Part shown: positions 24,191 to 37,544 of the stretch, piece after piece
Layout: every line of letters starts with the position of its first letter
Numbering within the stretch: position 1 is the stretch's first letter
Origin: Eledone cirrhosa
Taxonomy: Eukaryota
DNA length: 64,000 nucleotides
Assembly (NCBI GenBank): GCA_964016885.1
Contig: OZ024742.1
Coordinates: forward strand, 347,882,001 to 347,946,000
Reading direction: 5' to 3'
Translations under genes and position numbers: made by a program
Notes under the pieces: generated by a model
The model's database searches: none
The model's input: the letters and a program-made list of their open reading frames with translations, nothing else
What the model was told of the DNA's origin: nothing

Positions 24191-24980
24191 CTAGCCGAAT
24201 TACCCGCGCCTTGCTACGTTTCACATATTTTTTTTTTTGTAAGAAATTGATGATTGATTTTAAATCAGTGATATAATTTATGGAGAAAAACTCTACATTT
24301 CAATATTACTCAATGTAAAATGTAATGCATGAAAAATTGGAAAACATTATTTTTTTGTAATATATCAAATCAAAATTACATTATCTTATTCTTATTTTGT
24401 GAAAGTGGTGAGAATGGCCCGTGTGAATGGGCCTTCACTCTACATCAGACTATAGGTGAGGAAGATGAAAGACCAATGGAGCACCCCTTCTCTGTGCTCC
24501 TGTGGAAAAGGGTTGCACACTTTTTTTCGGGGGTGTGTGCGACCCCCCAAGGCGCCTCCTCTCTATTGAGGACTTTGTTATAAATTTTATTTTTTGTTAT
24601 ATTTTATTTTATTTTTATATATTGTTATTGCCTCCTCCTTATTGAGGACGCCTTGTTTTGTAAACTCCCCCCATTGTACTTGTCCCACTTTTGATGCCCT
24701 GGTGGCAAATAAAAGAAACATATCTTATTCTTATTTTGTTTCTTGTAAATAATTTTTTTCAAAATATCAATTCAAATCTTGTCATTTACCTATGGTTTAA
24801 ATTTTATATAAATCGAAGGGAAAACATTTTGTACTCCCGGGGAACCCTTTGATTAAAATAAAATATACTTACCCTGGGCAATGTAGTTTCAGAATATATA
24901 TGTTAATGCGGGTCTATCACCAAAATCATAGGATGAGTTCGTGAACAAACAGACAGGAACTACAAATTTATATATAGAGA
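24191..24980 (-). mobile_element. Putative non-autonomous Helitron carrying a nested Tx1 fragment
   Basis: Minus strand starts TCTCTATATATA, ends GC-rich segment + CTAG; A/T flanks. Confidence 0.55.
24401..24720 (+). mobile_element. Short 5'-truncated Tx1-like LINE with 19-bp target-site duplication
   Basis: Encodes KVVRMARVNGPSLYIRL* like the ORF2 end at 3766; TSD TATCTTATTCTTATTTTGT at 24382-24400 and 24721-24739. Confidence 0.85.
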
Positions 24981-25242
24981 TTTACGCATTCGTAATATTA
25001 TTTATGTATATATTAAAAACATATTTGCACTGTTATTTTACTGTAAACTTATACAATTGTAAATAAAAGTTAACATACTTTTTGCCCAATTATATGTGAT
25101 TATATATGTGTTTATACTTTAATTCTGAAAGAATTGTAAACAATTTGTAACGTAAACAATATATATATATGAAAATAGTCACGACCCCGGCGGCTGAGCC
25201 CCGGTCATCTGAATGTGGTCCTGACTCATTTCCTATTACCCA

Positions 25243-25274
<32 letters not shown>

Positions 25275-25641
25275 TTAAAAATAGTACTTCGCTCACAGAG
25301 GGATATTGAACTCTCGTATTTGTAAAGTTATTTATACAACTGTGATAAAATAGTGCGAGTAGTAGTACTGTTTATCTCCCCTTATCTCAAATATTATTTA
25401 CGAAATAGAATCTTTTCTGATGATTTTCATTGATAAACAATTGTCCAGGCTGCTAACTTCCCATTAACGGTATGCATTAATTAGTTATTATTATTGTATT
25501 TGAAAACTTGGTTTTTAATTTTTTCAATTTTATGTATTAACAACACTGCTTCGTATATGGTTTGTCTCTAATGTCTGTTTCGGCGACCGAACTAATTTTG
25601 TATTTATATAATCATAATCAACCCTAATGATACATCATGTT

Positions 25642-25691
<50 letters not shown>

Positions 25692-25714
25692 TTTTATTGA
25701 GGCTAAATAGTGAG

Positions 25715-25764
25715 TCTTGTTACTCTGGAGTTTCGCCTGTTTATCACAGGATCATCAGACAAGA
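25715..25764 (-). ncRNA. Type I hammerhead motif whose stem I is extended by an inverted repeat (25684-25796)
   Basis: Minus strand TCTTGT-CTGATGA-T-CCTG..CAGG-C-GAAA-CTC-CA-GAG-TA-ACAAGA. Confidence 0.72.
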
Positions 25765-26119
25765 ACTCACTATTTAGCCTTAATAAAATGAATATTAGAC
25801 CTCTACTTCAGTATTGAGTACTCTTTACTCTCAGCCGTCAACTACATACGAATATATACATACATACTGCTTTTAACTTCTATATGGGACCTCTGTATAG
25901 TATATGCTACAGACCCTGCTTTACCCTAACTTAGCACTATCCCCAATAAGAAATTATCTCCGTTCGATACTTCATAAATACATACCTTGTTAATATTCTC
26001 AAACAATTTCAGTCTATTTTTCGACATAGATCTCCAAACTTTCCGATATTTCATCCAAAACCAGGAAACAAATAAGTAAATTATGTAACTTTGTTTATAT
26101 CTAAATAATAATAATGATC

Positions 26120-26283
26120 TCTATTATAGGCACAGGGCCAGCAATTTTGGGGAGGGGAAAGTCGACCACATCAACCCCAGTGCATTACTAGTACTTTATT
26201 TTATCGACCCCGTTAGGATGAAAGACAAAGGGACGTAACTCTATGCCACTAAACATGGTGTCCGACGCTCTACTGATACTGCC
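26120..26283 (-). mobile_element. Diverged copy of the tRNA-derived SINE
   Basis: Reverse complement of the 10309 family body. Confidence 0.7.
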
Positions 26284-26572
26284 TTGTGTACAGTACAATG
26301 CTCAGGTGCACTACAACTATTCAAAAGTGCATGTATTGTAAATAGAATAATGTACAAATGCCAGGAAAGTGAACAGTTTATAGTCATGATATACACACAG
26401 ACATATGCATGCGTGTGTATGGAGGGAGAATATCAGGTGTAGTGTTGGCAAATTTCGGGAAGCATGGAGGTTTTGAAGGATGCAGTATCTCGACAGCTAA
26501 CAACTAATGCATGTAGTTTGTTCCATGCTTCAGCAACTCTGAGGGTGAAAACAAATTTCCGAAAGTGACCTG
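26284..26572 (-). mobile_element. CR1 3'-end fragment
   Basis: FTLRVAEAWNKL...FKTSMLPEI and 3' UTR match the element at 51660-51900. Confidence 0.8.
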
Positions 26573-27767
26573 CTTGGTTATGTTGACATCTTTCAAAAAA
26601 TGTGTAAACGCTGTAAAGCTGGTCTTCTTTTATAATTCCATTCACATCTAAGTTGCTTTATGTTATATCATGCAAGGGGCCCTTAACTCTTGATGGAGTC
26701 GTAGGGGCGCTGTCCTGACATATAGCAAGTCTTGGACATTTTAACCTGGCAAAGCTCATCTCCCTCCAGGTCTTAACAGTCAATTTCTTCCAGAGAAAGA
26801 GAGAGGCAGTAGCGTAGCTAGAGGGGAGGCTGTCCGCCCCTGGTGACACTTTTATGGAGGCAGCACTTTTGGGTCCACTACAGACAATAAGCAGTCTTTT
26901 AATGCTGCAACATAATATTATAATTGTACACAGACAAGTTTAAAGTAGTGTGTCAGTGTGTGCGGAGGTGCGGTGGACAGGGGAGAGGATGGGTAGGTGT
27001 GAAAGTTGGAGTGGGGAGAGGGTGTGTGTGTATTAGTAGAGGTGTTAGTGGGATGTGTGAGGTGTTTGAGAAAGGGTGTGGGTGGAGCGAGGAGAGAAGG
27101 GTGTGGGGGCCGATGGAGGGAGTGTAGTGTACTGGTGTGTGTGTGTGTGGTGAAGGGGGTGTTAGTGGGTGTTAGTATACTGGAGGTGGAGAAAGGGTTG
27201 AATGCGGGTGTGAGTGGGGGTCAGTGGTGGTCGGATATATATATATATAAAATTACACTCTATAGCTCTACACCTGATCACAGAAGTGAACCTAAACATC
27301 GAGTGCTCTCCCGGGTGAACCTGCAGTAACTGCTAGTTACACCCCCTGGATATATATATATATATATAAAGGTTATCACATACATAAAATTAAATTAAAG
27401 ATATATATATGTGTTGCAACTGTTCACTTTTAAGCTCAATGAAGAATTAATAAATTAAAATCAAAAAATCAGAGCATTATATCATAAATCATGTCTATAG
27501 AATCAATCAGATATTAAAATATATACTATTTCTTCTTCTAATTAGCATAATTAACCATATACAAAATCCAATCTAGCAAGCTTTAAGAATAAATTTTCTT
27601 AGGGGGAAATCTCTGACAAACAATTGATCGTAGCCTCTTCGCGGCAGCTCCGTTCCACTATTTATCAAACATTTCGGCAGCATGCAGAATCCGATCAAAT
27701 ATACCATCAACCGCACATAATTAGTAGTAAAGTTAAACTTAGAAGAAATGCGCACATACCGTAATTA

Positions 27768-27847
27768 TATCTCTACCATGGTTTCTTCCTTATTTAGGAC
27801 ATCCAAATAATATGGAAATGCCCTGAGTTAGGAATCATCAGGAGATA
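27768..27847 (-). ncRNA. Type I hammerhead (left arm)
   Basis: Reverse complement of 28111-28190. Confidence 0.78.
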
Positions 27848-28110
27848 AACTCAGAATCAGACATTAATTTTCTCAAACCGACCGCGCCAAATTTAGATTC
27901 AAAAGTGGCTAAGATCGCTATGTAGCTGTGTACCAGCCAGAGAGAAAGCATGTGATTGGTTGCTTGCGGTGGGTAGGCTTGCTGCCCGCCGCAAGCAACC
28001 AATCACATGCTTTCTCTCTAGCTGGTACACAGCTACATAGCGATCTTAGCCACTTTTGAATCTAAATTTGGCGCGGTCGGTTTGAGAAAATTAATGTCTG
28101 ATTCTGAGTT

Positions 28111-28190
28111 TATCTCCTGATGATTCCTAACTCAGGGCATTTCCATATTATTTGGATGTCCTAAATAAGGAAGAAACCATGGTAGAGATA
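28111..28190 (+). ncRNA. Type I hammerhead with extended stem II and palindromic stem III
   Basis: TATCTC-CTGATGA-TTCCT...AGGAA-GAAA-CCATGG-TA-GAGATA. Confidence 0.78.
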
Positions 28191-28475
28191 TAATTACGGT
28201 ATGTGCGCATTTCTTCTAAGTTTAACTTTACTACTAATTATGTGCGGTTGATGGTATATTTGATCGGATTCTGCATGCTGCCGAAATGTTTGATAAATAG
28301 TGGAACGGAGCTGCTGCGAAGAGGCTACGATCAATTGTTTGTCAGAGATTTCCCCCTAAGAAAATTTATTCTTAAAGCTTGCTAGATTGGATTTTGTATA
28401 TGGTTAATTATGCTAATTAGAAGAAGAAATAGTATATATTTTAATATCTGATTGATTCTATAGACATGATTTATG

Positions 28476-28577
<102 letters not shown>

Positions 28578-29931
28578 AGCAATATGTTATTTTTGTGGGG
28601 GCCCAGGGGCGGCAAACTGAAGGGCTGCCCCAGGCAGCACACACTCTACCTACATCACTGGATAGAAAAAGAATTGACCACAATATTGGAATGGTATTGT
28701 TTTTGTCAACTTTGAAAGGATAAAAAGCAAAACTTTTAATCTAACGCTTTACCCACTCTGCCAGTATATCAACCTCGTACTTCACCAGTATTATATGTTA
28801 TCGACCCCTGGGGTTGCAGCAGCTGAACTCTACCCTCCAGCTAAAGTTGTAGAGTTTACTCTTGCCCCACCTACCCTCTTTTCTTTCTTTCTCTATCAAT
28901 TTCATAAATTGTATTCCTTATATGTTTTTTTAATAAAGTCCTTTCCACTGCAAAAAAAAAGGAAATTTGTGTATTTACCAGTGGAATCTTTAAAGTCACT
29001 AATTATAGTTTTTATTTTAGCTGTTTAATAGGTGGACCTTAACAGTCTCATGTGGAAAGTAAGTTTGATTTTTGAGAATGATTCATTCTATAAGACTTTC
29101 GTTATAGCTTTCATTATTGAATACTTTCTTTACTGGAATTTGATGGAAATTGTCATAGTACAACCCCAGAACAATCAATTTGATGGAAATTGTCAAAAAA
29201 CCTGTTAGTGTTCGTCCCATGATAAAATGCACGCAGTACATTCTGTAGAGCGGTAGTGCTGGTGCCACTAAAGAAACACACCCACTATACCCAGTAAGGT
29301 GGTTGGCATTAGGAAGGGCATCCAGCTGTAGTAAGCATATCCAATATGGAAGATATGAGCACTGTGACAACCTGTCCAACTGATGACAACAAAGCTGATG
29401 TAAAATGGTGATGATATATATTGCCTAAGAACTACTCCAAAAATAGTTAGTTTTAATGAAGTAGGGTTTACCTCTTCACATATGTCAGAAGAATCTAGGA
29501 AGTATAAATTGCTGACTGCTCAGTTTAAATACAGAAGAAAACATCAAGATATGTGGTTTCCTTCATAGCTAGAACAATTAAGATCTGTATAAAATAAGTT
29601 TCTTCTATGGCCTAATATTCCTTGCGTTTTCCTTCCTTTTCCTCTCATTTATGGCATTTATAACCCTTTCTCCCCCTTTCCTGTACTGTCAGATCTACCC
29701 TTTGCCCTTTCCTCTCTACTAATTTCTTGGTTTCGTTTTTATCCCCCACTTTTTTTCTTTTTCTTTCAAATGTCCATCAATATTTGTAATGTTATTTATA
29801 CAATTGTGACTTGATTTATTGTCTGGAATTCTGTTGAATAATAAATAGATTTACTGATTAAAAACTCAAAAGAGGAAGTAAAAGGATATCATAACAATAT
29901 CACACAGTGAAACTGTTTTAACAACTGGACC

Positions 29932-31095
29932 AGATATACAGAGGGGTAATATTGAGATAATGGAGTAGGGTGTCTGGGTCTGATATAGAGATGGGGTAAT
30001 ATTGAGGTAGAGTGTCTGGGTCTGATATAGAGATGGGGTAATATTGAGGTAGGGTGCCTGGGTCAGATATAGAGATGGGGTAATATTGAGGTAGAGTGTC
30101 TGGGTCTGATATAGAGATGGGGTAATATTGAGGTACGGTGTCTGGGTCAGATATAGAGATGGGGTAATATTGAGGTAGGGTGTCTGGGTCTGATATAGAG
30201 ATGGGGTAATATTGAGGTAGAGTGTCTGGGTCTGATATAGAGATGGGGTAATATTGAGGTAGGGTGTCTGGGTCAGATATAGAGATATGGGGTAATATTG
30301 AGGTAGGGTGTCTAGGTCAGATATAGAGATGGGGTAATATTGAGGTAGGGTGTCTGGGTCTGATATAGAGATGGGGTAATATTGAGGTAGGGTGTCTGGG
30401 TCAGATATAGAGATGGGGTAATATTGAGGTACGGTGTCTGGGTCAGATATAGAGATGGGGTAATATTGAGGTAGGGTGTCTGGGTCAGATATAGAGATGG
30501 GGTAATATTGAGGTACGGTGTCTGGGTCAGATATAGAGATGGAGTAATATTGAGGTAGGGTGTCTGAGTCAGATATAGAGATGGGGTAATATTGAGGTAG
30601 GGTGTCTGAGTCAGATATAGAGATATGGGGTAATATTGAGGTAGGGTGTCTGGGTCAGATATAGAGATGGGGTAATATTGAGGTAGAGTGTCTGGGTTAG
30701 ATATAGAGATGGGGTAATATTGAGGTAGGGTGTCTGAGTCAGATATAGAGATATGGGGTAATATTGAGGTAGGGTGTCTGGGTCAGATATAGAGATGGGG
30801 TAATATTGAGGTAGGGTGTCTGGGTCAGATATAGAGATATGGGGTAATATTGAGGTAGGGTGTCTGGGTCAGATATAGAGATATGGGGTAATATTGAGGT
30901 AGGGTGTCTGAGTCAGATATAGAGATGGGGTAATATTGAGGTAGGGTGTCTGGGTCAGATATAGAGATATGGGGTAATATTGAGGTAGGGTGTCTGGGTC
31001 AGATATAGAGATGGGGTAATATTGAGGTAGGGTGTCTAGGTCAGATATAGAGATGGGGTAATATTGAGATGGGGTGATATTGAGATAATGGGGTG
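29932..31095. repeat. 42/44-bp G-rich minisatellite, about 25 copies
   Basis: Unit GATATAGAGA(TA)TGGGGTAATATTGAGGTAGGGTGTCTGGGTCA. Confidence 0.95.
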
Positions 31096-32805
31096 TGGAG
31101 CTATTTGGTCTTTCCATAATAATAATAATAGAGATATGAGCTTCAGATTACCCCAGGATTTCACAATAGTTTATGGTAGGTGATATGGAATGATATAATC
31201 CATAGATTCAGGTAATGAAATTCCATGGGAAAAGGTTTCCTATTGACTTATAATTTATTGAACCTAGAATTGTTTCAATCAAGAAAAAGAGGTCAGATTA
31301 GAGATATTGGGAGTGTTCTGTTAAAAATAGATAATTATCTTTCAGAAGATAATAAACAAACAATTATTTGGATACCAGGTCATAAAGATAGGATAAATAG
31401 GGAAGAAGATGAATTAATGAGGGAGCACAATGGGAAACAATAGATATAGGCTACATTTCAAATCTATCGCAAGTGAAATCATTTAGCTAAAATATAACTA
31501 GGCATGGGTGGGAAGAATCTGGAGATAAGCTCTCATATTTCAATCCTCCATTGTCTAAACCAAGCCTGTCAACGTTTTAAACTTTAGTATGGACATGTGA
31601 TGCACATGACTAATGATCGATGGGTGAAGAAGTGCCAGGAAATACCTGGGGATGGAAGCTGCAGTAGAGGTAAACTGAAAAGACCTGGGCAGAATGTGTT
31701 GAGACTCACAGAGGAGATGATGAAGAAATGAGGCTAGTAGAGAGATACTGTGCTGAAAAGGACCCGTCCAACCCATGCAAGTCTGGAAAAACAGACGTAA
31801 AAAACGATGATAATGATGAAAAGCTATGTTGGCTTTGGAAAGCTGTGTACACTTAACTATATTTTATGATGAAGAGGTGAACAGTTTGTATAGAATCAGC
31901 TGCATGTTCATGTGGAGACTAGCCGCAAGACTCTATGGCACTATTTGATCCAATGTAAAAACTAACAGTGTGAGAAACGGGTCTTTAAAAAGCTACCAAG
32001 ATTGGAGGTGCAATATATTATCGAAGATCTACCAACTATGTATTAGTTACTTCAGTATAGTAAGGTTATTAAATGATTCCACTATAGAAAATGCCCCCCA
32101 CCCCCGGAAGAGTGCAGGATCATATGTCATACAGCTGTCCTGTCATTCTTAGGGAGTAATGTTTTGTTGTCAAAAGAGAGAGTAGCTCTCTAAATTTCTT
32201 CAATCCTATCCTTTATTCTAGCTAATATGCTCTCAGAGCACCCTTCTTCACTGATAATTAGATAACCTAGATAGAAGCTATCAACCATTTCTATGAATCC
32301 TTCATGAGATTAGAAAAAGATTATATCTCTGAACCTCTTACTATCAATTACCCCTGTACATCTATTAGATACAAAGTCTTCCCTTCCTGTTAGACTGCCT
32401 GTTATCCCATTACACCTCTTGCTAACTCAAGATTTGCATTGTGTACATCATATAGAGTTTTTAAGTTTACTCTCAGCCATTTTGATTGTAAATTCTGTTT
32501 CCACAGTCAGAACTTATTCTCTAATTCTTTTATAGAATGGATTCAGCATAAAGAAGTTCCAATGGACAGCCAGTCTTAAACTCTTCTGTTATGGCCTGGA
32601 GAACTATAATGAACTGAAGTGGGCTAAGAATTGAACCCTGATGAACCTGTACCTTGAATTCCTTAATAAACTTATTTCCTACTTTTAGCAATTTACGATT
32701 GTACTGCCCAACCAGTCATTGAGTCTGACTTCGACTTGTATTACATGATTGACTATGTGTGTTACTAGTTCAGTTCCTACTTCTCCAGATGCAAATATAT
32801 ATATA

Positions 32806-33380
32806 CTAGCAGAATGGCCCGGCGTTGCTCGGGATTTACTCTAGGGTTCTTATATATTTGATATATATTTATCCTTATCGAGCCTCGTGAAATAAATACG
32901 TTTGCAAAAATATCTGTACACGAATATATAATTATATATATATTAAAATAACAAATTAAAGTTTAAGCAAAGAATCGCTGCTTTCACCCTTAATGGGATG
33001 TTCTGAAACTAAAAAAATCAATCTGTGAACGCAGAAGTAAATATTTCGAAAAACGTTACACACTATATATATACACACACACAGATAGCAATGTAATAAT
33101 GTTGTAATGCAGACAGCCAGACATACAGACAAATATTATAAGAGCGCAACGTTATATCTATGTATCTATCTAAAGAGAAAGACTAAGAATTATAGAGAGA
33201 TCACTAAATCGCCTAATGCAGTCTCTAGAGCATTGAAAATTTGAAATATTTTTTGCTCAAAACACTCACAGGACCATAAGTATTACGTGTAAAGTTTGAG
33301 AACAATTGGTAGCGTGGTTCTCGAGTTTTAGGGAGTCAGTCAGACGGACAGACAGACATTCTCTATTTCAGATATATAGA
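32806..33380 (-). mobile_element. Non-autonomous Helitron
   Basis: Minus strand 5' TC(TATATAT)...(GTCT)n, 3' hairpin CCCGAGCAACGCCGGG + CTAG; between A and T, no TSD. Confidence 0.75.
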
Positions 33381-33459
33381 TAAATGAAGTATTTCCGTAG
33401 GAAAGGTAAAGGAAAAGAGAGTGCTCTATGTAAGCTACAGAGCTTTTTTTTTTTAAATA

Positions 33460-33525
33460 AATTCGTTCTGATGATTGAAGGCAGACAAGCTCGTCTGTCT
33501 TCAAGAAACTTTTGGTAAATGAATT
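33460..33525 (+). ncRNA. Type I hammerhead
   Basis: AATTCGTT-CTGATGA-TTGAAGGCAGAC/GTCTGTCTTCAA (12-bp stem II)-GAAA-CTTTTGG-TA-AATGAATT. Confidence 0.78.
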
Positions 33526-33615
33526 AATTATCTTATGTTGTTTATTACATAACTAAATAAATATATATATATATATGATTATATATATATATATATATAT
33601 ATAAATAAGATAATT

Positions 33616-33683
33616 AATTCATTTACCAAAGGTTTCTTGAAGACAGACGAGCTTATGTCTGCCTTCAATCATCAGAACGAATT
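33616..33683 (-). ncRNA. Type I hammerhead, inverted partner of 33460
   Basis: Same fold on the minus strand; stem III ACC-TTT-GGT, GUA triplet. Confidence 0.8.
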
Positions 33684-34067
33684 TATAAAAAAAAAAACAA
33701 AAAAACTCTGTATGGGTGTATATATATATATGTATATATATCATCATCATCACTATTTAACATCTATTTTCCATGCTAGGATGGGTTAGCTGGGTTGTCT
33801 CGTTTGAGGCAAGTTGGGTCAAATGACCATGTCATGCTCATACAGAATTCTTTCTGGGTCGGTTTCTAGAGCTGAATGCCCTTCCTAATGCCAACCACAT
33901 TTACAGTGTGGGCTGGGTGCTTTTTGTGACACCTACACAACCATTTTACAGTGTCGGCTGGGTGCATTTTGTTGTGATATATATTTATATATATATGTAC
34001 ACACACACACACACTGTTAGTCATCACGTATCTTCTTATAATCCTTATATCTTCACTTTCAGCCCTT

Positions 34068-34181
34068 ATGCCTCGCTATTATGAAGCTGAAGATGAAAGT
34101 TCTAAAATCTGGAAACCTGCATGCTCTGGTCTGCGAGAAGATTTACAAGAATGTCTAGCTGGAAGTGACTGTGTCAAAAAG
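34068..34181 (+). CDS. COA5: Cytochrome c oxidase assembly factor 5 (PET191 family), coding exon 1
   Basis: MPRYYE...ACSGLREDLQECLAGSDCVKK; GT donor at 34182 (phase 0); acceptor-like TTTCAG just before the ATG implies an upstream UTR exon. Confidence 0.92.
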
Positions 34182-34279
34182 GTTGTATTTGTTTGTTTTT
34201 CCTTACAACTAGAATCTTTAGGATTTTCACAATTTATTGATATTTTTATATTTGGGGAGTTATAATATTGTTGTTATAA

Positions 34280-34460
34280 TATTTGTTTCTACTTTTGGCA
34301 TAAGGCCAGCAATTACCCAGTGAATTACTGGTACTTTATTTTATTGACCCCCGTAAGGATGAAAGGCAAAGTTAACCGTGGCAGGATTTGAACTCAGAAT
34401 GGCAAGAGCCGTAACTCTATGCGTCAAAGCATGGCATCTGACCCTCTACCGATACTGCCA
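34280..34460 (-). mobile_element. tRNA-derived SINE in the COA5 intron
   Basis: Reverse complement of the 10309 family. Confidence 0.85.
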
Positions 34461-36951
34461 ATCCCCCAGAAATATATAATAAAACACACTCACTGTTTGA
34501 GTGAGTTTTCTTATATATTTCTAGCAATATTACAACAATATTCTAACTCCCCAAATATAACAAAATTTGTTTCATGTTTCAACACACGATTTCATATCAA
34601 AAACCTTGCAAAACAAATTCACTCTGTCACAGTACCAGCTTATGCCATGCCGACAGGTTATTGACACTGGTTTCAATCACTAGACAGTGGCCAAACTTTG
34701 GCACCGCCATCATTTTCGTCTATTGTATCGACCCTAGTACATATTTTTTTCAAGTTTGGTTTTTTTTAAATTTTTTTTTTTGTTCAACCTCTAAGTTAGG
34801 GGCCATAAAAACAAGCACAAATGTAAACATAGATATACATATACACAGACGATGGGCTTCTGCAGTTTCTGTCTACCAAATTCCACTCAACCCAAGCCTT
34901 AGTAGAAGTCACTTGCCCAAAATGCCACACAATGAGGCCAACAACCATCTGGTTTCAAATCAAACACCTTAGTTACACAGGCATGCCTGTGACTAGGAAT
35001 TACACATATTTGTTTATGTCATCATCATCATCACCACCACTACCACTACGACCATCACCACCACCACTACTATCACCACCACTACTATCACCACCATCAC
35101 CACCACCACAACCACCATCACCACCACCACTACCACCACTATCACCACCACCACCACCTATTTTTCACACTAGCAGGGTGCCCAGCCATTGCAGGGTAAA
35201 ATCCCCAGCTATTGCTGGTACTCATTTTCACCAGAGTATACTGGATCAACATATGCTCAAGAACATAACACACAACCCAGTCCAGGAATAGAACTCACGA
35301 CTTTATGATTGTAAGTCCAACACCCTTACCACTAGTCATGTGCCTCCAAACTAGTAAAGATACTATAAACATTTGGATTAAACCTACTTTGAGATATTTT
35401 CTGCTAAATCATTACAGCAACCTGGCCTAGATTGGGTCTGCTTTTATAAAACATAGCCATTCATTTTAAACTGTTTCTATTTCATTTATAATATTTCAGC
35501 ATAATTTTATATCAGGACTGTTATGTTAACAATTAATGAAAGAAATATAGTTAAATGGTTAAACCATGTGATGCTTCTCTTAAGAATCTTTGCCACTTTG
35601 TCTCTCATACCCATACATATATTACTACCACTACTACATGATATTTGTACCCAGCCCCACCCCATCACTTTTGTATTCCACCCCCCACACATACACCACT
35701 ATTACCACCACACATTATTTTGCCACCACTCCATCCCCCTCATATACTACCAACCCCCACACATATATCACCATCACCATATGACTTTTGTCTCCCCCTC
35801 ACACCACTACCACTACATGACATTTTCCCCTATACATCACTACCACCACATGATTTTGCTGCCACCCCTCCCCTTTGCACTCACATACACCACTCCACTG
35901 CCACTAAATGACTTTTACCCCAACATTCTTCAAACTCTTTACTATGTATTAGTTGGTACAAACTAGTCTGTTGTGGTTAAGAGGTTCACTTTAGAGTTGT
36001 ATGGTTTTCTGTTCAGTCCCACTGCATGGAACTGTCTTTTATTGTAGCCTTGAGGTGACCAATGCTCTCTGAATGTATTTGGAAGATGGAAACTGTAAGA
36101 CATTCTGTTCTACATATGTTAGTGTGTGTCTTCTTCTTTGCTCACTTATTCCTGAGAGGGTTGTGGAGGCAGAGTCCTCAAACACTCTTTCCAGCGGGTC
36201 CTGTCAGAAGCAACTGTCTCCAACTGATCCGGCTGGATCCCCAAGTGAGACTAGCCAAGCTCATGGATGTCATCCAACCATCTTGCTCAGAGTCTACTCC
36301 TGGGTTGGTTTTGCACGTAAAATCTGTCCAGTGATTCTTTCCGGAGACATTCTAACTACTGCCCATAGTATCGAAGCTTGTTGCCACAAATGTCTTCATA
36401 CTGATGTTTTAAAATAAAAATAAAAGCTGTGACATCTGTTTATGTCTCCCATAAGTAACATATCCTGCAGGGTCATTCCAGTGAAATTCAACAGGGGTCC
36501 ATCCCAGAGCTCTTCAAATTTTTGTCATTTATTGGTATCGATGAGAGAAGTAATTCCTCAGAATTTCAGCTTCACAGTGCTTACCAATCAAATTTTATGG
36601 CCATTCAAAGATTTGGGCAACTTCTGGGACAATTTTTCAACAACGGGATGCCCTTCCTTATGCCAACTCATACTTCATTTTATCATATTTATTTCTGTAT
36701 AATAGGACCTCCATTTCCGAAACTAAAAAAAAAATAGTAATAAATTAAATCCCTGTGTATAATACAACTCTAGAGTACAGTTATGTCTGTATAATACAAC
36801 TCTAGAGTACAGTTCTGTCTGTAAGTTTTTGTAAACTTGTACCATCAAAATCTCAATCTCACATCTGTTTTACTACAATACTCAGTTTTTCATGACATTA
36901 AGCAGTTGCATTACTCTATATTAACTATTCTATTTTCATGGTAAATTACCT

Positions 36952-37313
36952 CACATCGTGTAGGTGTCACGACAAAAAACACACAGTCCACGCTGTAAAT
37001 GTGGCCGTGTAGGCAACACGGTAAAAACCTCCCAGCCCCACACTGTAAATATGGTTGGTGTTAGGAAGGGCATCCAGCTGTAGAAAACCCGCCAGACAGT
37101 CCACGCTGTAATGTGGCCGTGTAGGCAACACGGTAAAAACCTCCCAGCCCCACACTGTAAATGTGGTTGGTGTTAGGAAGGGCATCCAACTGTAGAAAAC
37201 CCGCCAGACAGTCCTATGCGAGCAAGACAACCACTCTTGCCTCAAGTGGGAAAACCCCCGTCCAAACCCATGCAAGCGTGGAACACGGACGCTAAACCTG
37301 ATGATGATGATGA
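36952..37313 (+). mobile_element. RTE 3' UTR fragment with internal duplication and (GAT)n tail
   Basis: Reverse complement of 4621-4870; similar short fragments near 33742, 40545-40960, 41092 and 45638. Confidence 0.8.
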
Positions 37314-37544
37314 ATATCGAATCTATGAGATTTTGATATTATTTATTTTGAGAACAATACCTTAACATAAGTATGAGTGGCTGATTTGAACAAAAAGAGG
37401 TGAGAGAATTCTGACTGGATACAGCTGATTTAAATGCTAATGGGTTAATGATTCCCCAGCAATACACCACAGTGTATATATGGATGTTACATGTGTGTAA
37501 CATACTTAAAAAACAAAGTGTGGGTTAGCATCCTCTCATAAAAT

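Noticed and set aside
25410-25450. CTGATGA...TAAACAATTGTC hammerhead-like remnant
   Set aside because: GAAA core broken and stems I/II unconvincing
29932-31095. CRISPR-like array
   Set aside because: No unique spacers, no cas genes, eukaryotic context; it is a minisatellite
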